Source: Gemmatimonadota bacterium (lineage in GTDB: Bacteria; Gemmatimonadota; Gemmatimonadetes; Gemmatimonadales; Gemmatimonadaceae). Taken from it: a DNA stretch of 53,108 bases. The stretch spans positions 1 through 53,108 of the forward strand of contig JANMMF010000069.1 in assembly GCA_031372985.1 (NCBI GenBank). The letters are read 5' to 3'. A program made the translations under genes and the position numbers. Under the pieces are notes generated by a model. That model was not told the DNA's origin, ran no database searches, and saw only the letters and a program-made list of their open reading frames with translations. This document shows, in pieces, positions 40,577 through 48,737 of the stretch. How positions within the stretch are numbered: position 1 is the first letter of the stretch; each line of letters opens with the position of its first letter.

Positions 40577-41629
40577 ATGATTTCCCTTATCAGACAGATG
40601 TCGTTCCGGCACCTCACGACGATAGCGGCTCTCAGCATCGGGCTCGGGGCGTGCGCCACTGACTCTCCGACATCACCAAACGCGTCATCTTTGGCGCCCG
40701 CCGTCCCGGTGAGCGCCGCAACTACCGCGGCCATTTCCTCGGACATCGCAAGGGCGGCTGGCAATTCGATAGCCAGCGACATTCAAAACCTGACTGCGAA
40801 TGAGATTGCTGCTGTCGCGTCCGGCTTCACCGTTATCACGCCGCGCTTCGACGGCACGACCGGCGCGACCGGCGACACGGCCCGAGCCACCCCGAATTGC
40901 GTGGAGAGCTCTGAAAAGGGCGTCTACTTCTGCACCAAGGAGCCTGCCAGCAGCGAGCACGCAAGCTGCAAGTATTCAGAGGAGAGAAAGCTCTTCATCT
41001 GCACCAGACAGGCGCCTCCAGCTGGAGATCACCCCGGCGACCAGCCAGGTGGCTCGGAAACGTGCACGTTCTCGAGCGTCACTCAGCTCTACACCTGCAC
41101 AAAGTCGTCGCAGGAATCCGTCGTTCGTTCCTATGGCTTCTTCGACGCGGACGGCAAGCCGATGGCGAGCTTCGTCAAGGGCGTTACCGCTTCGATTCAT
41201 TATCTGGTGAAGATCGACGGCTCCATCGCGATCGACTCGACCTTCACGGCCGTCAAGCACTCGCTTCGCGACCAGACTGTGAGCGGTTTACTGGGCAACA
41301 CCCGGATCTGGAACGGCTTCGGCAGCAGCGCTGATACCAATACGCACCGGGGACCGCTGTCCACGAGAACGTACGCCGGCCTAGCGGTCGATACGCTCAA
41401 AGCGGTGACCTTTGCGGCCGAGAGATCAAGCCAACCATATCCGCTCTCGGGCGTATCGGTGAGGGTGGTGAACTATACCGTGGTATCCACCGGCAGGCAG
41501 ACCGAGACCACGACGGTGAGCAAGCGGGTCGTGGTTACGTTCAACGGGACCGCCGATGTGCCGATCACGCTCGGAGACTACAGCTGCACACTTCACCTGG
41601 ACACGAAGAAAGTCGATGGGTGTGAGTAG
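40577..41629 (+). CDS. Hypothetical lipoprotein with three C-x10-C-T repeats and a beta-rich C-terminal domain
   Basis: SD GGAGG before the ATG at 40577. Lipobox GLGAC. Repeats NCVESSEKGVYFCTK / SCKYSEERKLFICTR / TCTFSSVTQLYTCTK. Confidence 0.85.
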   Translation: MISLIRQMSFRHLTTIAALSIGLGACATDSPTSPNASSLAPAVPVSAATTAAISSDIARAAGNSIASDIQNLTANEIAAVASGFTVITPRFDGTTGATGDTARATPNCVESSEKGVYFCTKEPASSEHASCKYSEERKLFICTRQAPPAGDHPGDQPGGSETCTFSSVTQLYTCTKSSQESVVRSYGFFDADGKPMASFVKGVTASIHYLVKIDGSIAIDSTFTAVKHSLRDQTVSGLLGNTRIWNGFGSSADTNTHRGPLSTRTYAGLAVDTLKAVTFAAERSSQPYPLSGVSVRVVNYTVVSTGRQTETTTVSKRVVVTFNGTADVPITLGDYSCTLHLDTKKVDGCE

Positions 41630-41660
41630 CGATTTCCTGGAACTTCGATCACGTGACATC

Positions 41661-41698
41661 GAGGGGCGCGGCTAGGAAGCCGCGCCCCTTTTGTTTTT
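41661..41698 (+). terminator. Rho-independent terminator after the lipoprotein gene
   Basis: AGGGGCGCGGCT-agga-AGCCGCGCCCCT followed by TTTGTTTTT. Confidence 0.9.
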
Positions 41699-41828
41699 GG
41701 GCCGACTGATGCCGAAAGACGCAGCGGCGAGCTAGCATTGGAATCTGCCGACCATTACTTTTAGGGGCTTCCCACGAACCTCCTAAACACGTCTTTACCA
41801 GGCTGTTAACTCCAGCCCCGAGCGTCAT

Positions 41829-42224
41829 ATGCATCCCTTCATCGAAACCCAGAAAGAGTGGCTCCGCGATAACATCCCCCCGTTCCGCGCCGGCGACACA
41901 CTCCGTGTGAACGTCCGCGTCCGCGAGGGCGACAAGGAAAGACTCCAGGCGTTCGAAGGTGTCTGCATCGCCAAGCGTGGAAGCGGAGTGAGCGCGACGT
42001 TCACAGTCCGGAAGATCTCGAACGGAATCGGTGTCGAGCGCATCTTCCCGATTCACAGCCCGATGATCTCGGAGATTATCGTCGTTCGCCGTGGACGCGT
42101 CCGTCGCGCGAAGCTGTACTACCTGCGCCACCTCACCGGCAAGGCGACCCGCATCCGCGAGCGGAAGGCGAAAGTCACCATTCCCGGTAGCGACACGGTG
42201 GTCGAGGCCGGAACCGAGGCCTAG
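41829..42224 (+). CDS. rplS: 50S ribosomal protein L19
   Basis: [30 protein letters not shown] and [10 protein letters not shown]. Confidence 0.99.
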   Translation: MHPFIETQKEWLRDNIPPFRAGDTLRVNVRVREGDKERLQAFEGVCIAKRGSGVSATFTVRKISNGIGVERIFPIHSPMISEIIVVRRGRVRRAKLYYLRHLTGKATRIRERKAKVTIPGSDTVVEAGTEA

Positions 42225-42245
42225 CTCTCCCCGCGCCGCCGGATC

Positions 42246-43016
42246 GTGCCTCGTCGTAAGCGCTGGACCACGATCGAGCGCGACCTGCGAGCCACCAAGG
42301 GTCCACTCCTCGCCGGCGTCGATGAAGTTGGCAGAGGGCCAATAGCAGGTCCCGTCGTGGCATGCGCGGTCATCATGCCCGCCGACACGCGGGCGATCGC
42401 CGGCGTCGACGACTCCAAGCGGCTCACGCACGATCAGCGCGTGCGACTCGCAATTAAAATCCGCGAGCGCGCCGTCGCCTTCGCAATCGGCGCGGCATCA
42501 GTTCACGAGATCGATCGGATCAACATCTACCAGGCGAGCGTCCTCGCGATGCAGCGCGCGCTCCGGCGCCTCAAGGTCGCGCCCGATCATGTCGTGATCG
42601 ATGGAAGGGCGATGCGCACGCTGACAATCCCGCACACCGCGGTCGTGCACGGCGACGCCCGCTGCTTCAGCATCGCGTGTGCATCGATACTCGCCAAAGT
42701 AACCCGCGATCTCCTCATGACGCGGCTCGCTCGGCGCTATCCGCACTATATTTGGGACCACAACGCCGGCTATACGACGCGTGAGCACGTCGCGGGGCTC
42801 GCCGCACACGGGATCACGCCGCACCATCGCAAAAGCTTCTGCCGCATCAGCGACCTGCTGCTCGAGCTCGCGCACCAGGCCAAGCTGGAGGATCTGGAAC
42901 AGCGCGCGCTCGACGACGTCGGATCACCGGACGAGGACGATCTCGAAGACGACATGATCCCCGCAACCGATACGTACCTGGTCGAGCACGAGCGCGGACT
43001 GGAAGAGCGGCTGTAA
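42246..43016 (+). CDS. rnhB: Ribonuclease HII with an acidic C-terminal extension
   Basis: [32 protein letters not shown] and HRKSF. Confidence 0.96.
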   Translation: MPRRKRWTTIERDLRATKGPLLAGVDEVGRGPIAGPVVACAVIMPADTRAIAGVDDSKRLTHDQRVRLAIKIRERAVAFAIGAASVHEIDRINIYQASVLAMQRALRRLKVAPDHVVIDGRAMRTLTIPHTAVVHGDARCFSIACASILAKVTRDLLMTRLARRYPHYIWDHNAGYTTREHVAGLAAHGITPHHRKSFCRISDLLLELAHQAKLEDLEQRALDDVGSPDEDDLEDDMIPATDTYLVEHERGLEERL

Positions 43017-43054
43017 CGCGGCGCGAGCCGATCACAGAGCAAGAGGGAAGAATC

Positions 43055-43552
43055 GTGGCGGATGCGCTTGTTGGATTGATCATGGGCTCCAAATCCGATT
43101 GGGACACCATGCAGCACGCGGCTGAAATCCTCGACGCGCTCGGCGTTCCACACGAGACGAAGGTCGTGTCCGCGCACCGCACTCCGGACCTCCTGTTCGA
43201 GTACGCAGAGTCGGCGGAGTCACGCGGAATCCAGGTGATCATCGCCGGAGCGGGAGGCGCGGCGCACCTGCCGGGGATGACAGCGGCAAAGACGACGATT
43301 CCCGTGCTCGGAGTGCCGGTGGAATCGAAAGCGCTGCAGGGAATCGACTCGCTGCTGTCCATTGTGCAGATGCCCGCCGGCGTGCCCGTCGGCACGCTCG
43401 CGATCGGCAAGCCTGGCGCGATCAACGCCGCGCTGCTCGCCGCGGCGATCGTGGCGATAGCTCGACCCGACGTGCGGGAGAGACTTCGCGCTTTTCGCGC
43501 CGAGCAGACCAATGCCGTGCTCGCTCAGCCAGATCCGGCCGCGCGCGAGTGA
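43055..43552 (+). CDS. purE: N5-CAIR mutase PurE
   Basis: [22 protein letters not shown] and [11 protein letters not shown]. Confidence 0.98.
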   Translation: MADALVGLIMGSKSDWDTMQHAAEILDALGVPHETKVVSAHRTPDLLFEYAESAESRGIQVIIAGAGGAAHLPGMTAAKTTIPVLGVPVESKALQGIDSLLSIVQMPAGVPVGTLAIGKPGAINAALLAAAIVAIARPDVRERLRAFRAEQTNAVLAQPDPAARE

Positions 43553-44655
43553 GAGTAGGTGTACTCGGCGGCGGACAGCTCGGACGGATGCTGGCGCTCG
43601 CCGGCTATCAGCTCGGCATCGAGTTCAGGTTCTTTGATCCCAATTCCGGTGCACCCGTGGGGCAGATCGGCGAGCTCATCGCGGCCGACTACGGTGATCA
43701 TGAAGCGCTGACACGGTTTCTCGACGGCGTCGACGTCGTGACCTACGAGTTCGAGAGCATTCCGCTCTCGACCGTGCGGTTTGTGGCGGAGCGCGTCAGA
43801 GTTTTTCCGCCGCTCGCGGCTCTGGAGACGGCGCAGGACCGCCTGCTCGAAAAGAATCTCTTTCAGGAGCTCGGCATCCCGACGCCTCAGTTCGCGCCGG
43901 TCGAGAGCCTGGATCAGCTGCGCACGGCGGCGACGCGAATCGGATTGCCGGTCGTGCTCAAGACCCGGAGAATGGGGTACGACGGGAAGGGTCAGTTCGT
44001 GATCCGCGACGAGGAGTCGGTCGATCGAGCGTGGAAGCTTCTGGGTGGCTCACCGCTGCTGGTAGAGAAGTGCATCGCGTTCCAGCACGAGCTGTCGGTG
44101 ATCGGAGTACGCGATCCGGCCGGTCGAGAGGTGTTTTATCCCCCGATCGAGAATCTTCATCGCGAGGGGGTGCTCCGACGATCGATCGCTCCGGCGCCGA
44201 GCGCGACACCGGAGATTGCCTCGCTCGCGATCGACTACTGCCGCCGGTTAATGGATCGGTTGGAGTACGTGGGCGTGCTGGCGCTCGAGCTCTTCTCTGT
44301 GAACGGGAAGCTCCTCGCCAACGAGATGGCACCGCGAGTCCATAATTCGGGACACTGGACGATCGAAGGGGCAGAGACGAGCCAGTTCGAGAACCACCTG
44401 CGGGCGATCCTCTCGCTTCCTCTGGGTGTTACTACCCCAAGGGGCCGGTCGCTGATGCTGAACATCCTCGGACACATTCCCCCGGCCGAGTCCGTATTGG
44501 CTGTAGAGGGGGCGCATCTTCATCTCTACGGAAAAGCGCCCACCGAGAAGAGGAAAGTCGGACACGTCACGCTAGTGGCTCAGGGTGCGGCAGAGACGGA
44601 CCGGCGCGTCGGATTGCTGCTGGAGGCGCTCGGGCTCGGCAAAGACGGGCCGTGA
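43549..44655 (+). CDS. purK: N5-CAIR synthetase PurK
   Basis: [32 protein letters not shown] and RKVGH. Confidence 0.98.
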   Translation: MRVGVLGGGQLGRMLALAGYQLGIEFRFFDPNSGAPVGQIGELIAADYGDHEALTRFLDGVDVVTYEFESIPLSTVRFVAERVRVFPPLAALETAQDRLLEKNLFQELGIPTPQFAPVESLDQLRTAATRIGLPVVLKTRRMGYDGKGQFVIRDEESVDRAWKLLGGSPLLVEKCIAFQHELSVIGVRDPAGREVFYPPIENLHREGVLRRSIAPAPSATPEIASLAIDYCRRLMDRLEYVGVLALELFSVNGKLLANEMAPRVHNSGHWTIEGAETSQFENHLRAILSLPLGVTTPRGRSLMLNILGHIPPAESVLAVEGAHLHLYGKAPTEKRKVGHVTLVAQGAAETDRRVGLLLEALGLGKDGP

Positions 44656-44827
44656 GGCCGTCCCAGAGGGAGCCAAGGCTCGCCGAAAGCTGCCCGAAGC
44701 CAGTTCAAACCATGGGCTGCCACCGACTGTCATATCTGCAGCTACCGGGAATCACCATTGGCGCGTATTCAAACCTTTGAGCCGCTCGAGCTATCCAATC
44801 ACGCAGCAAAGCCAGGACAACGATTCA

Positions 44828-45385
44828 ATGCCGGCGGCCTCCAACGCGGTACGCGTACCCATGGGTGATTCAACGGACGTGGCCCTGGCCGCGGGTGGGG
44901 ATCGTCAGGCCTTCGAGCGGCTTTACCGGACGCACGCCAACAGGGTGTACTCGCTATGCACGCGGATGTCCGGAAGCAGGACGAAGGGAGAGGAGCTGAC
45001 TCAGGATGTGTTCGTGAGAACATGGGAAAAGCTTCCGCAGTTCAGGGGAGACAGCGCGTTTTCCACCTGGCTGCACCGCTTGGCAGTGAACGTGGTGTTG
45101 AATGCGAGAAAGACCGAGGGTAAGCAGGCCTCGAGAACGGATGAAAGCGATGTGGGTGACGAGCGCTGGGATGTAGCAGGGCGCGCCCCCATGCACATAG
45201 AGAGGATGGACTTGCAAGAGGCGATAGCGAAGCTGCCGGCGGGCGCACGAAACGTTTTCGTGCTCCATGACGTTGAAGGTTTCAAGCACGAGGAGATCGC
45301 CGAACTGTGTGGGATCACCTCGGGCGGAAGTAAGGCGCAGCTGCATCGCGCGAGACTTCTTTTGAGAGAGGCACTGGAACGATGA
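44828..45385 (+). CDS. ECF RNA polymerase sigma factor (start 44828 or 44861)
   Basis: AFERLY, EELTQDVF, FSTWLHRLAVN and GFKHEEIA...SKAQLHRAR. Confidence 0.94.
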   Translation: MPAASNAVRVPMGDSTDVALAAGGDRQAFERLYRTHANRVYSLCTRMSGSRTKGEELTQDVFVRTWEKLPQFRGDSAFSTWLHRLAVNVVLNARKTEGKQASRTDESDVGDERWDVAGRAPMHIERMDLQEAIAKLPAGARNVFVLHDVEGFKHEEIAELCGITSGGSKAQLHRARLLLREALER

Positions 45386-46221
45386 CGAACTCCGACATGA
45401 CCTGCGAAGCATTCGACGCCGCGCTCCCTGATTATCTCGAGGGAACGCTCGACGACTCGGTGCGCGCTTCGGTCGAAATGCATTTGAGAGAGTGCGTCCG
45501 TTGCGCCGGCCTGGTGAGAGATCTCGAGAACATTCGGCGGGATGCGTCGGCACTTCCCGACCTCGTTCCGGCGCGCGACTTGTGGGAAGGCATCGAAGCG
45601 CGGATTGCGGCACCCGTGATTCCGTTGGCTGCTCGTCCCGAGCGCCGGACAACCTTTGCCGCGGCCTGGATGGGCGTCGCCGCGGCCGCGTTGATAGTGA
45701 GCACCGCGGGAATCACCTACACACTTACGCAGCGCTCACTCGCGCTCGGCCAGCGCGGGGCTGTTGCGCAGGGAGAGCCGACACCCGGTCAGACTGGTGC
45801 CCGGATCGATGGTGGCGCCGGCGGGCAGGGGTCGCCAAATGCGATTGCCACTGCGCCGAACCAGATCGAGGGCAATTCGACCAACGTCTCGCAGGTAAGT
45901 GAAGCTTCCGCCCAGCGCCGCGGAACCGCCGCGAGCCTGGCCAGCCAGTCTCAGAATCCTTCGGGGCAGCCAGAAGCCGTCTATGGAAAAGAGATCGCGG
46001 CCCTTCAACAGATCGTTAGCCAACGGAAGACCCAGCTCGATTCGTCGACCGTCGTGATCATCGAAAAGAACCTGCGAATAATCGATGCTGCCATCGAGCA
46101 GAGCAGGGCAGCGCTGGCCAAGGATCCGGCGAGCCTTCTGCTCAGCGAGCAGCTGACACACGCGCTCGACAAGAAGGTCGAGCTCCTACGTACGGCGGCA
46201 CTGCTGCCGGCCAGCACATAA
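45382..46221 (+). CDS. Zinc-finger (zf-HC2/ZAS) membrane anti-sigma factor
   Basis: HLRECVRC (HxxxCxxC), one TM, helical C-terminal domain. ATGA-coupled to the sigma gene. Confidence 0.9.
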   Translation: MTNSDMTCEAFDAALPDYLEGTLDDSVRASVEMHLRECVRCAGLVRDLENIRRDASALPDLVPARDLWEGIEARIAAPVIPLAARPERRTTFAAAWMGVAAAALIVSTAGITYTLTQRSLALGQRGAVAQGEPTPGQTGARIDGGAGGQGSPNAIATAPNQIEGNSTNVSQVSEASAQRRGTAASLASQSQNPSGQPEAVYGKEIAALQQIVSQRKTQLDSSTVVIIEKNLRIIDAAIEQSRAALAKDPASLLLSEQLTHALDKKVELLRTAALLPAST

Positions 46222-47192
46222 TGAGAAACGAAATGATGCTCCGACTGATCGTCGCCGCAGCGGTAGTGGCGGCCCTTCCGCCTTCCGCAGGGGCGCAGGA
46301 CTACCAAGGCGTTCAGATACGAGGCCTCACTCGGATAGACACCACGGTGAGACTGGATCGTGGGGGTGCCGTAGATCTCTCACTTATTTCCGGCAGGATC
46401 CGGGTAACCGGATGGGACCGCCCAGAGGTAAAGGTCTCGGCGTCGATCGACAATGGACGGTTGCGCTTCGACGCAAACTCGTCGAGGGTCAGCCTGAGGG
46501 TGGACGACTCCGACAACGAAGGCCGGAGGAGGAACCGACACGACAACGTTGGTGACGCTCGCTACGAGGTTTCGGTTCCGCGCGGCTCGCGACTGATTCT
46601 GGAGGCGGTCTCCGGGGACGTCACTGCCAGCGGCTCGCAGGGGGAGATCGAGGCGACGAGCGTGAGCGGCGACGTCGACGTGACTAACGGAGTGCGAGAC
46701 GTAATTGTCGAATCCGTGTCGGGATCCGTCCACGCGGCGCAGATCAATGGTGATCTTACAGCGCAGAGCGTCAGTGGCGATGTCCGGGTAGAAACCGTGT
46801 CCGGCGCTGTCGAGGCGAGCACGGTCAGCGGCAACATCCGCCTCATCGGCGTCCAATCGAAAGACGTGCGGAGCGAGACCGTCAGCGGAAACATCGTCTA
46901 CTCGGGCAGCATCGATGCGGGTGGGCGGTACAACTTCGAGTCCCACTCGGGAACCGTGCGGCTCAACATCCCGCGTGGAGCGGGGGCCACTTTCAGCGTG
47001 GAGACGTTCAGCGGGGATATCAACGCGGATTTCCCCGTCACCGTTCCGCCCAGCTCTGGTAGAGGAAGAAGGAACGGCCGGATGGAGTTTACGATCGGCG
47101 ACGGAAGAGCGAGGGTCACCGCCCAGACCTTCAGCGGCAGCATTGTGATCAACAGCGGTTCAGACTCAACCACCCGGAGAGATGATGAATAG
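46221..47192 (+). CDS. Secreted DUF4097-type beta-strand-repeat protein
   Basis: Signal peptide and many (S/T)VSGD(V/I) repeats. Confidence 0.88.
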   Translation: MRNEMMLRLIVAAAVVAALPPSAGAQDYQGVQIRGLTRIDTTVRLDRGGAVDLSLISGRIRVTGWDRPEVKVSASIDNGRLRFDANSSRVSLRVDDSDNEGRRRNRHDNVGDARYEVSVPRGSRLILEAVSGDVTASGSQGEIEATSVSGDVDVTNGVRDVIVESVSGSVHAAQINGDLTAQSVSGDVRVETVSGAVEASTVSGNIRLIGVQSKDVRSETVSGNIVYSGSIDAGGRYNFESHSGTVRLNIPRGAGATFSVETFSGDINADFPVTVPPSSGRGRRNGRMEFTIGDGRARVTAQTFSGSIVINSGSDSTTRRDDE

Positions 47193-48033
47193 AACGAAGA
47201 TTGTGGCGGCTCTCGCCCTCATGCTCGCCGCGCCGGCACTTGGCGCGCAGCAGGAATTCGGGCGCGACTCCGACACCTGGCGTTGGGATGGCCGCGTCGA
47301 TTCCGGTCGCTGGATGCAAGTGTTCAACGTGAACGGCTCGGTGGATTTTGCGCCCAGCCCCGACAACCAGGTCCACCTGGTCGCGGAGAAGCGCTCGAAC
47401 GGACGCGAGATGGACGACATTCACTTCGAAGTCGTGCAGGCCGGCGGCAACGTGACCATCTGCGCGATCTGGAACAACAGCGCGCGTTGCGAGGACGGTG
47501 GGACCGTATCCATGCGCCGCAACCAGAACAACGACACCCACTCCTCAGTGAAGTTCACGGTCAAGGTGCCGCGCAACATCAGGGTCGGTGCGCATTCGGT
47601 GAACGGCGGGGTGTCGGTCAGGGACGTCGGTACCGAGGTGCGGGCGAGCTCGGTCAACGGCGGTGTGAACGTTCGCAATACGAGCGGTCCGGTGCGCGCG
47701 ACGACCGTGAACGGCGGAGTCGACGTCAGCACGTCGGCGGGCCCGGTCACCGCCACGACGGTAAACGGCAACGTCGACGCTCGCATGGCATCGCTGCAGG
47801 GCGACGACGACATGAGCTTCAAGACCGTGAATGGATCGATTGCCATTTACGTTCCATCGGGCTTCGACGCAAACTTCCGCTTCGATACCGTAAGCGGCGG
47901 AATCGACAGCGATTTCCCGATGACTTTGACGGGCAAGTGGGGACCGCGCCACGCCTCCGGCAAGATCGGAAACGGCGGGCGGGACCTGAGGGCGAGCAAC
48001 GTCAACGGCAGCATCGAGTTGAGAAAGCAGTAG
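47182..48033 (+). CDS. Secreted DUF4097-type beta-strand-repeat protein
   Basis: Signal peptide (APALGA) and many (S/T)VNGGV repeats. Confidence 0.88.
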   Translation: MMNRTKIVAALALMLAAPALGAQQEFGRDSDTWRWDGRVDSGRWMQVFNVNGSVDFAPSPDNQVHLVAEKRSNGREMDDIHFEVVQAGGNVTICAIWNNSARCEDGGTVSMRRNQNNDTHSSVKFTVKVPRNIRVGAHSVNGGVSVRDVGTEVRASSVNGGVNVRNTSGPVRATTVNGGVDVSTSAGPVTATTVNGNVDARMASLQGDDDMSFKTVNGSIAIYVPSGFDANFRFDTVSGGIDSDFPMTLTGKWGPRHASGKIGNGGRDLRASNVNGSIELRKQ

Positions 48034-48050
48034 GCCACAACGGCTGATGA

Positions 48051-48092
48051 CAACAGGGGGGAGTCTCTGCCGAGGCTCCCCTCTGTTGTTTC
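48051..48092 (+). terminator. Probable intrinsic terminator after the ECF/DUF4097 operon
   Basis: CAACAGGGGGGAGTCTC...GAGGCTCCCCTCTGTTG hairpin followed by TTTC. Confidence 0.7.
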
Positions 48093-48107
48093 TGCTATTT
48101 TCTGCTG

Positions 48108-48719
48108 GTGTCCGTCTCCATCCCGCCCCATAGCGACACGGCGCCCCCCGATCAGGGGTTCAACCACCACTTACCAAGATGGTGGGGCAACAGGCTGATC
48201 ATACTGCTCGAGGGTGCGGGATTCGTCGTCCTCCTCGTCACGTATCTCTACCTGTGGCGGAACGCCGCAACCTGGCCGCCAACCGGCACGCTCGTACCCG
48301 ACCTCGGCGTCTCTACCATCAACCTGGTGGTGCTGATCGTTGGTATTCTTCCGATGTGGCACGCCGCGCATCTCGCCCCGCGTGACGACAAGACGCGAGC
48401 GATTGGGTCCTGGCTGCTGGTGTGCGTCTCGTTCGGAATCGCCGCGGCGGTTCTCAGGCTACTCGAGTTCAGGAGTATCCACACCCGCTGGAACTCCAAC
48501 GCATACGGGACCATCCTGTGGGCGATCCTGGCGGTGCACTTTGCCCATATCGTTGCCGCGACCCTCGAGACGCTCGTCCTCGGCGTTCTGACGTTGAGGG
48601 GCCCGGTGGATGAAAAGCAGTTCGCGGACATACCACTGAACGCGCGCTACTGGTATTTCGTCGCGCTGTCCTGGGTCGCGTTCTACGCTATCGTGCTCCT
48701 GTCGCCGCGGTGGATGTGA
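48108..48719 (+). CDS. Heme-copper oxidase subunit III-like membrane protein (orphan)
   Basis: Five TM segments; WW...IL.EG..F, WPP, NAYG.I.W...HFAH and YWYFV...W pattern typical of COX III. Confidence 0.75.
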   Translation: MSVSIPPHSDTAPPDQGFNHHLPRWWGNRLIILLEGAGFVVLLVTYLYLWRNAATWPPTGTLVPDLGVSTINLVVLIVGILPMWHAAHLAPRDDKTRAIGSWLLVCVSFGIAAAVLRLLEFRSIHTRWNSNAYGTILWAILAVHFAHIVAATLETLVLGVLTLRGPVDEKQFADIPLNARYWYFVALSWVAFYAIVLLSPRWM

Positions 48720-48737
48720 AGCTTAGGTGGGGTGCGG

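Noticed and set aside
46590-47830. Repeating GTGAGCGGC / GTCAACGGC units as a CRISPR or DNA repeat array
   Set aside because: These are degenerate codons of DUF4097 protein repeats; there are no identical repeats with unique spacers and no cas genes.
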